From contig CAZWVL010000013.1 of assembly GCA_964637115.1 (NCBI GenBank), forward strand, positions 1 through 22,441: DNA of 22,441 nt, in the 5' to 3' direction. Both the position numbers and the translations under genes were made by a program. The notes beneath the pieces were generated by a model. That model was not told where the DNA came from, searched no databases, and saw only the letters and a program-made list of their open reading frames with translations. Source of the DNA: an uncultured Methanosarcinales archaeon. Its GTDB lineage: Archaea > Nanobdellota > Nanobdellia > Woesearchaeales > ARS49. This document shows positions 1 to 8,029 of the stretch, piece after piece; the first letter of the stretch is position 1; every line of letters begins with the position of its first letter.

Positions 1-450
1 CTTGTTGGTGTTGAGGTTGGTGTTCTGGTTGGAGTGGATGTCGGAGTTGAAGTTGATGTTGGAGTAGAGGTTGGTGTTGAAGTTGATGTTGGAGTACTTG
101 TTGGGGTTGATGTTGGAGTGCTTGTTGGTGTTGAAGTTGATGTTGGAGTGCTGGTTGGAGTTGAAGTCGGTGTAGACGTTGGAGTGCTTGTCGGAGTACT
201 TGTTGGCGTTGATGTCGGTGTTGACGTTGGTGTTCTGGTTGGTGTTGATGTCGGTGTTGACGTTGGCGTGCTTGTTGGAGTTGAAGTTGATGTTGGCGTT
301 GATGTCGGTGTTGACGTTGGCGTGCTTGTTGGAGTTGATGTTGGAGTTGAAGTCGGAGTATTGGCCGGGGTTGAAGTCGGCGTTGAAGTTGGAGTGCTTG
401 TTGGCTCTTCTGTTGGAGTGCTGGTTGGTGTTTCTCCAGGAGGTGTTGGA
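1..450 (-). repeat. Intragenic degenerate 12-nt tandem repeat encoding (TPTS)n, about 34 Pro-centred units
   Basis: Plus-strand GTTGGWGTTGAW-type periodicity. The 23-mer GTTGATGTCGGTGTTGACGTTGG occurs exactly three times (208-230, 244-266, 298-320). Confidence 0.95.
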
Positions 451-671
451 GTTTGCATGAGTCCAAATACCGGAGGGCTTACAGCTTCTGGTTCAGCAAC
501 CTGCGCGCCAGTAATGCCAGATGACTCGAAAATATTTGTAAACCAACCAACAAGCTTGGAAATAAACCCATTTTCTGACGGGCCGGAAGGTTCGGCAGAT
601 GCAACAGTCACACTTAGAACTAATAAAGTGAACACGATAGCAACAATACCAACAAACCTCTCTTTTTCCAA
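1..671 (-). CDS. Secreted or surface protein with signal peptide and long Thr-Pro-Thr-Ser repeat stalk (3' end lies outside the window)
   Basis: Translated by hand. The minus frame is open from TTG at 671 to the window edge: (M)[25 protein letters not shown]|[71 protein letters not shown]... It has a charged N-region, hydrophobic H-region and A-S-A cleavage motif, with an in-frame stop just upstream of the TTG. TATA-like TTTAAATA at 748-755 (minus). Confidence 0.85.
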   Translation of the reverse strand, partial: MEKERFVGIVAIVFTLLVLSVTVASAEPSGPSENGFISKLVGWFTNIFESSGITGAQVAEPEAVSPPVFGLMQTPTPPGETPTSTPTEEPTSTPTSTPTSTPANTPTSTPTSTPTSTPTSTPTSTPTSTSTPTSTPTSTPTSTPTRTPTSTPTSTPTSTPTSTPTSTPTSTPTSTPTSTSTPTSTPTSTPTSTPTSTSTPTSTPTSTSTPTSTPTRTPTSTPT

Positions 672-789
672 GTTACTCTCTCTGGCTAATTGCTATATTC
701 AGCCCTTATACGCATTAACTCACTTTTAAACTGCTCAATGAGAGTTTTATTTAAAAATGTTATGTGTATTTACCTAGAGACGCTAATAG

Positions 790-3700
790 TTATGCCTTAT
801 CAAGAAACAGCTTGAAAGATTTGTCTTTGACCTTTTCTTCAGCAATGTTGGCATGCTTCTTCACCGGATCAGCATTGCCGATGTTTACATGAGCGCCGCA
901 CTTCTCCTCAATGCGCTCCTTCCACTTTTCGAGCATCTTTACTGTTTTAGCATCAGTTTGTATGTATACTGCCGCCTTGTCAGCTTTCTGCATGCCGGCG
1001 TCCTTTCGCATCTGCTGAACGCGGCGCATAAGCTCTCTAGCATATCCTTCTGCATCCAATTCATCTGAACGCTCAGTATCAAGATAGACAAAACCATTCT
1101 TGAACTCCATTTCAACATACTTTTTAGGAACGTCACGCTCGATAACAATGTGGTCTTTGCTCAACTGAACAGTTTCCTTATCAATAACGACTTGGAAGTT
1201 GCTATCCTTTGACAGCTGTGCAAGAATGCTCTTGGCACTCATCTCTGCCAGCTTTGCCATAATTTTCGGGCTCTTAGAACCAAATGCCTTTCCTAAAGCG
1301 CCGGCATTTGCCTTTACTTTCATCTGCACTTCAGCAAATTCCTTATGACCGTGAACATCCTTGCAATTTGTCTGATATTTGATAGCATCTTCCAATTCTT
1401 CCAAAGTCTGCAGAACATCATCATCTTGCGAAACTATTTGTGCGCACTTGATCGGCCATCTAAGAGAAACTTTAATCTTTTCCCTGGCAGCAAGCACTGC
1501 CTGCACGATAGAATCCGCAATTATCATCTGCTTTTCAAGTTTAATGTTAATGTCTTTCTCATTTGCCTTCGGCCAATCGCACAGATGAATGCTTTCTTCC
1601 TCTAACTTGAATTCCTGTTTTAGATTCTGCCAGATTTGATCAGCGATGAATGGCGCAATCGGAGCAAATAACTTGAGACATTCAGTCAGGCATTTGTAAA
1701 TTGTGTATAATACTGTCTTTCTTTCATTATCATCGCCAATGGAAGCCTTGTCACGAACCATTTGAATGTAACTTCGGCTAAGCGTGAGGAACAAGTCTTC
1801 TATGACTGCAGGAATTTCGTTTAACCTGTACTCGTTGAACAGATTGGTAACAGTTTTAATCGTGCTGTTAAGTTTGGAAAGAATAAACCGTTCTTCAACA
1901 CCGCCCAAATTCTTCATAACGACGTCGTCCATCTTATTAGGGGCGGTCTTGAGCTCTCTTGCCATCTCTATAACAAACTTTTGCAAGTTCCATAGCACTA
2001 TCAAATTTCTATGCTTGGTTTTCGCATCTTCATGATTAAAGTTCATATCAATGCCGGGCTGAGCGCCGCCAATCTGGTAAGATCTCAGCGTATCAGCACC
2101 ATAATTGTCAATAATCTCGTAAGGAGTAATGTAATTCTTCAAAGACTTTGACATCTTCCTGCCCTGAGAATCATTAATGAAACCGTGCATGTAAACCGCC
2201 TTGAAAGGAATCTTGCCCCAGCTGATCATGCTCATACAAGTCAAACTGTTAAACCAGCCGCGAATCTGATCTTTGCCTTCCAAAATCAGTTCAGGGAAGC
2301 CCATTTTTTTGAAACGCTCCTGATTAGAAGGATACTCCAAAGTTGCCCAAGGAGCAACACCAGAATCAAGCCAGACGTCAAGCACATCAGGAACTCTTGA
2401 CATTTCCTTTCCGCACTCGCACTTAATCTTAACCATATCAATCCAAGGCCTGTGCAGATTCTCAAGCTCTTTGCCAGTAAGCTGTTTCAGCTCGGCATTT
2501 GAAGAAATTACTTTGTACTTGCTGCAAACACAAGTCCAGATGGGTAAAGGAATTCCCCAGAATCTTTGCCTGGAAATACACCAGTCCTGCAATGATTTCA
2601 ACCAAGAATCAAACCACCTGTTGCCAGCCCAGTCAGGAACCCAATAAACTTTCTTGTTCTGCGCAACCATTTCATCCCTGAGCTGTTCGACAGCCAAAAA
2701 CCATTGGTCAGTCGCCCTAAAGATTACAGGCGTTTTACATCTCCAGCAATGAGCATATTCGTGATCAACTTTTACTTTGTCAATAATTGCGCTTTTGTCT
2801 TCAAGAAGCTGAATAAATTGAGCGTCGTCAACTTTTGCATACATTCCAGCCAATGGGCCCATTTTCTCGCCAAAACAACCGTGCTCATCAGTTTCGTTGA
2901 ACGCGGGCAAGTCGTTTTCTTTCCCAACTTCAAAATCCTCAGGACCGCAGCCAGGAGCACAATGAACGAGACCGGATCCGGCGTCGGTAGTGACGTATCT
3001 TTCTGTAAGGATGACTGTGTGAACTTTCTTGGCGTCAGGGAACTTTATCTCATTCTTGAGCGGATGCACGTATTTTGTTCCAACTAATTTTTTTCCCTTG
3101 AACTTGTCCAAAACTTTGTACTGTTTGCCAGCAACAGCGCCAATAACACCAGGAGCCAGGGCTTCTGCAAGAATCCAGACTTCACCATCAACCTGCGCTT
3201 TAATGTAATCAAAATCAGGATGAGCCATAACTGCCAGATTGTAAGGAATGGTCCAAGGAGTTGTTGTCCAGATGATAAGATATTCATTCGGCTTTCCTTC
3301 AACCTGTAACTTTACAAAAATAGAATCATCTTTCCTGTTCTCATATTCCAACTCGTGCTTTGCCAATGCAGTAGCACATCTTGGACACCAAGTCATTGAT
3401 TTTTTACCAAGGTAAAGCAATTTCTTTTTGTTAGCTTCAGCCAAAGCCCACCAAGCACCTTCAATGTAAGTGTTCTTGATAGTCATGTAAGGATTCTGCC
3501 AGTTCATCCAAACGCCCAAACGCTTGAAATCATTGACCATTGGCCACAACTGGTCTAAAGCATACTTTTGGCAGGCCTCTATGAACTTGGCAAGTCCAAT
3601 CTTGTCGATGATTTCTCTCTTGTTCTTAATGCCAAGTTCTTTTTCAACGCTGACTTCAATTGGCAAACCGTGCATGTCAAATCCAGGCTGGTCCCAAACG

Positions 3701-3918
3701 TCAAAGCCTGACATGCGCTTAAATCGAAGAATTGAGTCCCTGAGCGCCTTGCCCCAAGAATGGCCGATATGAATCCTGCCAGTCGTGTAAGGAGGGCCGT
3801 CTAAGTAATAGAAAAGTTTCTTGCCAGCATTCTTCTTGACAGCTTTTTCGTATATCTGCTTGTCCTTCCAAAAGTCCAAGATAGCCGGCTCTATAGCCTT
3901 GAAATCATATGGATGCAT
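790..3918 (-). CDS. ileS: Isoleucine--tRNA ligase (archaeal/eukaryote-type IleRS2)
   Basis: 1042 aa. Motifs: GPPYTTGRIHIGH (HIGH), GFDMHGLPIE, WTTTPWT editing-domain motif, GSGLVHCAPGCGPEDF, WCISRQRFWGIPLP, EGKDQIRGWF, KMSKS, and a long C-terminal domain typical of IleRS2. Confidence 0.97.
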   Translation of the reverse strand: MHPYDFKAIEPAILDFWKDKQIYEKAVKKNAGKKLFYYLDGPPYTTGRIHIGHSWGKALRDSILRFKRMSGFDVWDQPGFDMHGLPIEVSVEKELGIKNKREIIDKIGLAKFIEACQKYALDQLWPMVNDFKRLGVWMNWQNPYMTIKNTYIEGAWWALAEANKKKLLYLGKKSMTWCPRCATALAKHELEYENRKDDSIFVKLQVEGKPNEYLIIWTTTPWTIPYNLAVMAHPDFDYIKAQVDGEVWILAEALAPGVIGAVAGKQYKVLDKFKGKKLVGTKYVHPLKNEIKFPDAKKVHTVILTERYVTTDAGSGLVHCAPGCGPEDFEVGKENDLPAFNETDEHGCFGEKMGPLAGMYAKVDDAQFIQLLEDKSAIIDKVKVDHEYAHCWRCKTPVIFRATDQWFLAVEQLRDEMVAQNKKVYWVPDWAGNRWFDSWLKSLQDWCISRQRFWGIPLPIWTCVCSKYKVISSNAELKQLTGKELENLHRPWIDMVKIKCECGKEMSRVPDVLDVWLDSGVAPWATLEYPSNQERFKKMGFPELILEGKDQIRGWFNSLTCMSMISWGKIPFKAVYMHGFINDSQGRKMSKSLKNYITPYEIIDNYGADTLRSYQIGGAQPGIDMNFNHEDAKTKHRNLIVLWNLQKFVIEMARELKTAPNKMDDVVMKNLGGVEERFILSKLNSTIKTVTNLFNEYRLNEIPAVIEDLFLTLSRSYIQMVRDKASIGDDNERKTVLYTIYKCLTECLKLFAPIAPFIADQIWQNLKQEFKLEEESIHLCDWPKANEKDINIKLEKQMIIADSIVQAVLAAREKIKVSLRWPIKCAQIVSQDDDVLQTLEELEDAIKYQTNCKDVHGHKEFAEVQMKVKANAGALGKAFGSKSPKIMAKLAEMSAKSILAQLSKDSNFQVVIDKETVQLSKDHIVIERDVPKKYVEMEFKNGFVYLDTERSDELDAEGYARELMRRVQQMRKDAGMQKADKAAVYIQTDAKTVKMLEKWKERIEEKCGAHVNIGNADPVKKHANIAEEKVKDKSFKLFLDKA

Positions 3919-3939
3919 ACTAATGGCGAAGAAGTGGAG

Positions 3940-3947
3940 AATTTAAA
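3940..3947 (-). promoter_or_regulatory. TATA box of ileS (leaderless geometry)
   Basis: TTTAAATT on the minus strand ends 22 nt before the ATG at 3918. No SD sequence. Confidence 0.6.
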
Positions 3948-3966
3948 AAAGTATAGGAAAAACAGC

Positions 3967-4497
3967 TTACTTTCTTTTCATCAAGCCGTATGCAAGAGCC
4001 AAAGCGCTTAATCCGCCGGCTCCAATTGCAAGTCCTTTGAAGGCATCTTTTGGGCTTGTTGTTGATACGTGGCGTCCATAGCCATAAACGCGTGGAGCTT
4101 CATTGTCATCCATAACGCAGCTGCCAATACTGAGAATCAACGCGATCAAGCCGCCTCCAATGCCTAGTCTGAAAGCCTTGCCTGCAGCTTTGTTGCTTTC
4201 GAAATTTGGCTTGTAAATGTTTGCAAGTTCAAGCTGTCTTGTCGTATATGCCTGGCCTGCAACAAGCGGAAATGCTGGGCCTGCTGGAGCGCCTCCCCAT
4301 CCCGGAGCTGGTCCACCAGCCGGAGCAACTGCTGGAGCTGCACCCGGAGCATGTGATTCATATAAATGTGTGTTGAACAAAGCTTCTCCCGCTGGTGTGT
4401 TTGCGTAGAGACCCCTGCTTACTGCTTTCTTAAAAGTAAACTGTTTAGCATTATCTTCATCACGTACTTTTTCAAGGATGTCTGTAATTTCTGCCAT
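3967..4497 (-). CDS. Hypothetical membrane protein with Pro/Ala/Gly-rich linker and two C-terminal hydrophobic helices
   Basis: 176 aa. SD GGGGTGA at 4504-4510, TATA TTTATATA at 4538-4545 (minus). APGAAPAVAPAGGPAPGWGGAPAGP linker. Hydrophobic segments LGIGGGLIALILSIGSC and GLAIGAGGLSALALAYGL followed by KRK. Confidence 0.8.
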   Translation of the reverse strand: MAEITDILEKVRDEDNAKQFTFKKAVSRGLYANTPAGEALFNTHLYESHAPGAAPAVAPAGGPAPGWGGAPAGPAFPLVAGQAYTTRQLELANIYKPNFESNKAAGKAFRLGIGGGLIALILSIGSCVMDDNEAPRVYGYGRHVSTTSPKDAFKGLAIGAGGLSALALAYGLMKRK

Positions 4498-4537
4498 TTT
4501 TGTTCACCCCTATTATACTCTGTAAAAGTAGTTCTCC

Positions 4538-4604
4538 TATATAAAGCTTTCGGTATTTCACTACTACGTAGTAGTTATTTATGTGGGGGGTAAAGGTTTA
4601 AATA
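4538..4604. promoter_or_regulatory. Back-to-back TATA boxes with a central perfect 16-bp palindrome
   Basis: Minus TTTATATA at 4538-4545, plus TTTAAATA at 4597-4604, and ACTACTACGTAGTAGT at 4560-4575. Confidence 0.65.
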
Positions 4605-4626
4605 TGCCTGCACCAGTTAACCAGCT

Positions 4627-4776
4627 ATGTTCAAATGCCACAAATGTGCTAAAATCTACAACAAACTGGGTATGTGCTGCGGAAAAGCGCTAGAATCAGT
4701 ATGCCGAATGTGCGGCTTTGGAAAGGATTTCTGCACTTGTGAAATAAAAAGCACTAAAGAAGGATTAAAGCGCTAA
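4627..4776 (+). CDS. 49-aa Cys-rich metal-binding microprotein (CxxC-CCG-CxxC-CxC)
   Basis: Translated by hand: MFKCHKCAKIYNKLGMCCGKALESVCRMCGFGKDFCTCEIKSTKEGLKR. 8 Cys. TATA ends 23 nt before the ATG. The stop is interlocked with the stop of the convergent gene (4773-4776). Too short for the ORF track. Confidence 0.75.
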   Translation: MFKCHKCAKIYNKLGMCCGKALESVCRMCGFGKDFCTCEIKSTKEGLKR

Positions 4777-5075
4777 TTGTCAGTTGGATGACTGTGCATG
4801 CGCCGGTCAACGCCGTCCCATTCCCCTGATCTGGCAGCAGCATACAGTCTTCTCATTTCATTGACTTCGGCAAGCTTCTTCAGTGCAGGCTCATATGCAA
4901 ACTGGTATAGAACCGGATCTGATTTCACCTTAAGATGGCCTGTCTTGATCTCCTTTTCAACTTCTGACTCTGCCACTCTCAAAATCTCTTCCATATCTGA
5001 AAACCTTAAGTGGATGCCGTTGCCAACTAAATATCTGTGAAACTTCTCTTCAGTCAAAGCCGAATATCCTGCCAT
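4773..5075 (-). CDS. Hypothetical protein (100 aa, mostly helical, C-terminal WDGVDRR)
   Basis: Open frame from the ORF track. Start moved to the ATG at 5075 (MAGYSALTEEK...) because a weak TATA-like AATTAAA ends 23 nt upstream. The longer GTG start is unsupported. Confidence 0.65.
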   Translation of the reverse strand: MAGYSALTEEKFHRYLVGNGIHLRFSDMEEILRVAESEVEKEIKTGHLKVKSDPVLYQFAYEPALKKLAEVNEMRRLYAAARSGEWDGVDRRMHSHPTDN

Positions 5076-5224
5076 AGTTCTATGTCGCCTTTTTTGGTTT
5101 AATTGACTTCTGTATGACTGTACGTACTTGCAAAAGTTACACACTAACGCTATTTTTAGAAACTGTATTCTCTACCTGAAGTTTTGCGCAAGATTTAAAA
5201 GCAGGCATACTGAACCCCGTCACT

Positions 5225-5971
5225 ATGTCACAAGAGGCGATTACAGAGATAGACATGGACGTGTTCTCACGCAGAATAGGCCCATACTTCACGTGGCTTG
5301 AAAGCAGAATAGAATCAGGCTGGCAACAAAGCGACAGCGTGCAGAAAGACATTCTGAAAGAAGTCAAGTATTTAGCTACAACAATGAGGGCGCGCTTTAT
5401 TCTTGGAGTTTCAAAAGATGATTTTGCCAAAGAAGTGCAGCGTGCAGTTGATTTGTTTGAACTTGCGCAGGAAGCATTCCCAGATCAAAACGACGAAGTT
5501 GAAAGTAAGATGAAGCACTTTTGCAAAGGAGTTCAAGAAGAATTAGGCGCGCAGTTCCTGCCTGCCGAATATAGAACAGAAACTCCGCGGCCTTTGAAGC
5601 CGATTGACCCGCATCCCTACCCGATGCCTGAACCAGAACCAATGCCAGAGCCGGACGGGCCTGAAGAGCCGGACGAAGAAAAGATTTCACAGAAAATCGA
5701 AGTCAAAAAGCCAGTTGTTGAAGCACCGAAAACAGTGATAAAGAAAGAAACGCCTAAAGTGGAAATAAAGAAAGTTGAAGCGCCTAAAATGGAAATGAAG
5801 AAAATGCCTGTGGTTGCAAAGCCAAAAAAAATTGAAGTTCCTAAAGTTAAAGTTGTAAAAGCAGAGCCCGTAAAGAAATTAAAACCTGCAAAAGCAGAAA
5901 AATCCAGAAAATCAAAAAAGAGCTTTTTCCTGGTACGATGGGTTAAAGGATTTATTTACGGAGAAGAGTAG
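5225..5971 (+). CDS. Hypothetical protein: helical N-domain, PEPEP linker, Lys/Glu/Val/Pro-rich tail, C-terminal amphipathic helix
   Basis: 248 aa. TATA TTTAAAAG at 5194-5201 ends 24 nt before the ATG. Ends with KSKKSFFLVRWVKGFIYGEE. Confidence 0.8.
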   Translation: MSQEAITEIDMDVFSRRIGPYFTWLESRIESGWQQSDSVQKDILKEVKYLATTMRARFILGVSKDDFAKEVQRAVDLFELAQEAFPDQNDEVESKMKHFCKGVQEELGAQFLPAEYRTETPRPLKPIDPHPYPMPEPEPMPEPDGPEEPDEEKISQKIEVKKPVVEAPKTVIKKETPKVEIKKVEAPKMEMKKMPVVAKPKKIEVPKVKVVKAEPVKKLKPAKAEKSRKSKKSFFLVRWVKGFIYGEE

Positions 5972-6006
5972 ATAGTTTTTTAATTCGCTGAGTTCTTATT
6001 TACAGA

Positions 6007-6492
6007 ATGAAACTGGTGAAATTGAACAAGAGGAATCTCAAACTCGCACTCAAAACCGCTTTTTCGATATTTAAAGACAAGTACAGCAGAAAATACATCA
6101 AGGAATGGTATGGCAGATGTATAACTGGAGAGTTCAAGCACATTAACTCATACTTGCAATATTATTTGGTTTATGAAAAAAACACTCTTGTTGGCATAAC
6201 AGGAATTTACCGTTATCCTGAACAAAATGATTGCTGGCTAGGATGGTTTGGCGTATTGCAGTCTGAACGCCGAAAAGGGGTAGGTTCACAAATTCTTTTA
6301 GAAACAATGAAACGTGCCCGGAAACTCGGCTGCAAACGATTAAGGCTGTGGACGGCATACAAAACATCACAATTGTTTTACGAAACAAACGGATTCAAGA
6401 AGTCACAAAAAGAAAGCTGGGTAGTAGTAAACGGCAAGAAAATTTGGAAGTACCCATCCTATGCAGTTTTCTATTACAAACGATTGGATTAA
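6007..6492 (+). CDS. GNAT-family N-acetyltransferase
   Basis: 161 aa. WLGWFGVLQSERRKGVGSQIL (acetyl-CoA-binding R/QxxGxG motif A) and FYETNGF (motif B). Confidence 0.9.
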   Translation: MKLVKLNKRNLKLALKTAFSIFKDKYSRKYIKEWYGRCITGEFKHINSYLQYYLVYEKNTLVGITGIYRYPEQNDCWLGWFGVLQSERRKGVGSQILLETMKRARKLGCKRLRLWTAYKTSQLFYETNGFKKSQKESWVVVNGKKIWKYPSYAVFYYKRLD

Positions 6493-6525
6493 TTCTGAAC
6501 GACATCGGAAACCAGTGTTTACGAA

Positions 6526-6598
6526 GTGTTGGAAATTTGCAAGATTTATATTATGATACTTCAAATTTCCGAGCACTGTCGGATGCATAGGCATCCGA
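6526..6598. other. Two adjacent intergenic inverted repeats or hairpins
   Basis: GTGTTGGAAATTTG (6526-6539) pairs with CAAATTTCCGAGCAC (6562-6576), with one bulge and one G:U. TCGGATGC-atag-GCATCCGA (6579-6598) is a perfect 8-bp stem ending 4 nt before the TATA box at 6603-6610. Confidence 0.6.
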
Positions 6599-6632
6599 AG
6601 CATTTAAAAACCTTATAAAACTCTATCTTCAT

Positions 6633-7172
6633 ATGCGCGTTTCCATCTGGATTGGCATTGTAACTCTTGCAGTTGGCATTGTTCTTTCATATCTCGCAGA
6701 TGCACTCATAAACACGATAACATCCGGAGCACTGCAAACAACTGCAGTGCTTGTTGCAGCGGGACTATTCGTAATATTTTCTGCAGCAATGCTCGGCATC
6801 GGCGCAGGACTGGTAGTTCATTGGATTATCGGCTTTGCAACACACTGGAAAGCATTCATAACAGGAATAGTGCTAAGTTTCGCAACATTTTTTATCGGCA
6901 TAGGAGCAACAATAATGAGTGGCAACATCTGGACAGGCATTCAAGTGTTTTTCACGTTCTTCGTCGCAAGCATGACGATGTTCATAATGTCATTTGGGAA
7001 TCTTTACGGCAGCATATCTGCAGGAGTCAAACAAGGAATAGCTTTCGTGAAAAACAAGTTTAAAAGAAACAATTCTAAAAAAGGCGTCAAAGGCAAAACT
7101 TTGTCTGGACGCGTTTTGAAATCAAAAAGAGGCAAGAAATGGAAGAAAAGAGGCACCTTTTACGCTTCATAG
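6633..7172 (+). CDS. Integral membrane protein (about 4 TM helices, Lys-rich C-tail)
   Basis: 179 aa with four long hydrophobic segments. TATA TTTAAAAA at 6603-6610 ends 23 nt before the ATG. Overlaps the next gene by 34 nt. Confidence 0.8.
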   Translation: MRVSIWIGIVTLAVGIVLSYLADALINTITSGALQTTAVLVAAGLFVIFSAAMLGIGAGLVVHWIIGFATHWKAFITGIVLSFATFFIGIGATIMSGNIWTGIQVFFTFFVASMTMFIMSFGNLYGSISAGVKQGIAFVKNKFKRNNSKKGVKGKTLSGRVLKSKRGKKWKKRGTFYAS

Positions 7173-8029
7173 AGACGTCCAAAGCATTTGACAACAATTC
7201 AAAGCTTAAGGCAATACTTTTTGTGTCAGGTGTAAAGCCGAACACGTACATCCATCTGCGCATAACTGATAATGTTGACGACAAACACGAATTTGAGAGA
7301 CTTCTGAAACTCAACAAAATTGTCTTTAATGTAAGCAGGCCAAAAGGATTTGAGGAAATATCTTCAATACAAAAGAATGCGGCAGTCTGGAAAATGAAGG
7401 GAATATGGCATGGATATGACCTTTTCAGGAATAAACAGGCAAAAAAGAATTTTGAACGATATGTTTCACTTGTCAAAAAACAAAAGCACGATACTGCGGA
7501 CAAGTTGGCAGGCAAAATTTACGGTTATCCGGCCTGCTGTATCAAAAAGTTCATTTCAGAGCACGATCCGAAAGTATTGTCGAAGAAGTATACATACTAC
7601 CAATATTACAAACAAATGCATGATTCTGACAATGCATTTCCATTTATTTCTCACACGCCGTGCAGTCCAAAATGCAAGAAGTCAGTTTCTTTAAACAAGA
7701 AATATTCTGCGGCTGCAAAGAAATTGGCGCCGCAATTTTACAAACAATACACGAAAAAACGCACTTATTCGACGCCAGTCATAGTCGACATCGACAACGA
7801 CCTTGGAGTCTGGAAGAAAAAAAACGGCCACGATTACGTGCTTATAACAAAAAAGCCGATAGAGGGAAAGTATTACGAAATAAGCTGGTTGGCAAAACCA
7901 GCGTTCAAAAGAGGAACAGTGCTTGATGCAAATATTACCTTGCACTGTGATTATGCCACTGTTGTTGTTAAGAAAAAAATAGGAGAGCTGAAAAACTTCC
8001 ACCACGAAAGGAAGTTTACCAAAATATGA
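7139..8029 (+). CDS. DUF483-like Cys-motif protein with beta-rich C-terminal extension
   Basis: 296 aa. GKIYGYPACCIKKF and HTPCSPKC match the GYPxCC...PCSxxC pattern I recall for archaeal DUF483 proteins. SD-like GAGG upstream. ATGA overlap with the ligase. Confidence 0.6.
   Translation: MEEKRHLLRFIETSKAFDNNSKLKAILFVSGVKPNTYIHLRITDNVDDKHEFERLLKLNKIVFNVSRPKGFEEISSIQKNAAVWKMKGIWHGYDLFRNKQAKKNFERYVSLVKKQKHDTADKLAGKIYGYPACCIKKFISEHDPKVLSKKYTYYQYYKQMHDSDNAFPFISHTPCSPKCKKSVSLNKKYSAAAKKLAPQFYKQYTKKRTYSTPVIVDIDNDLGVWKKKNGHDYVLITKKPIEGKYYEISWLAKPAFKRGTVLDANITLHCDYATVVVKKKIGELKNFHHERKFTKI

Noticed and set aside
1-450. Possible CRISPR array or DNA satellite
   Set aside because: There are no unique spacers. 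The period is 12 nt (occasionally 18) with synonymous variation, i.e. a coding repeat.
34-729. 231-aa plus-strand Val/Gly/Asp/Glu repeat ORF from the track
   Set aside because: It is the antisense shadow of the (TPTS)n gene. The minus frame has a proper signal peptide and promoter, while the plus frame is open only because of the repeat's codon structure.
3770-3800. Variant or inverted HIGH motif in IleRS (mupirocin hyper-resistance type)
   Set aside because: The motif is canonical HIGH, and KMSKS is canonical too.
5076-5144. CxxC-containing N-terminal extension (MCNFCKY...) of the 100-aa protein
   Set aside because: The GTG start lacks an SD or correctly spaced TATA, and the extension spans the likely promoter of the ATG at 5075.
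6517-6548. Patchy similarity (GTTTACGAA...TTGGAA...GATTTA) to 11797-11822
   Set aside because: It is short, AT-rich and needs gaps, so it cannot be told from chance without a genome-wide search.
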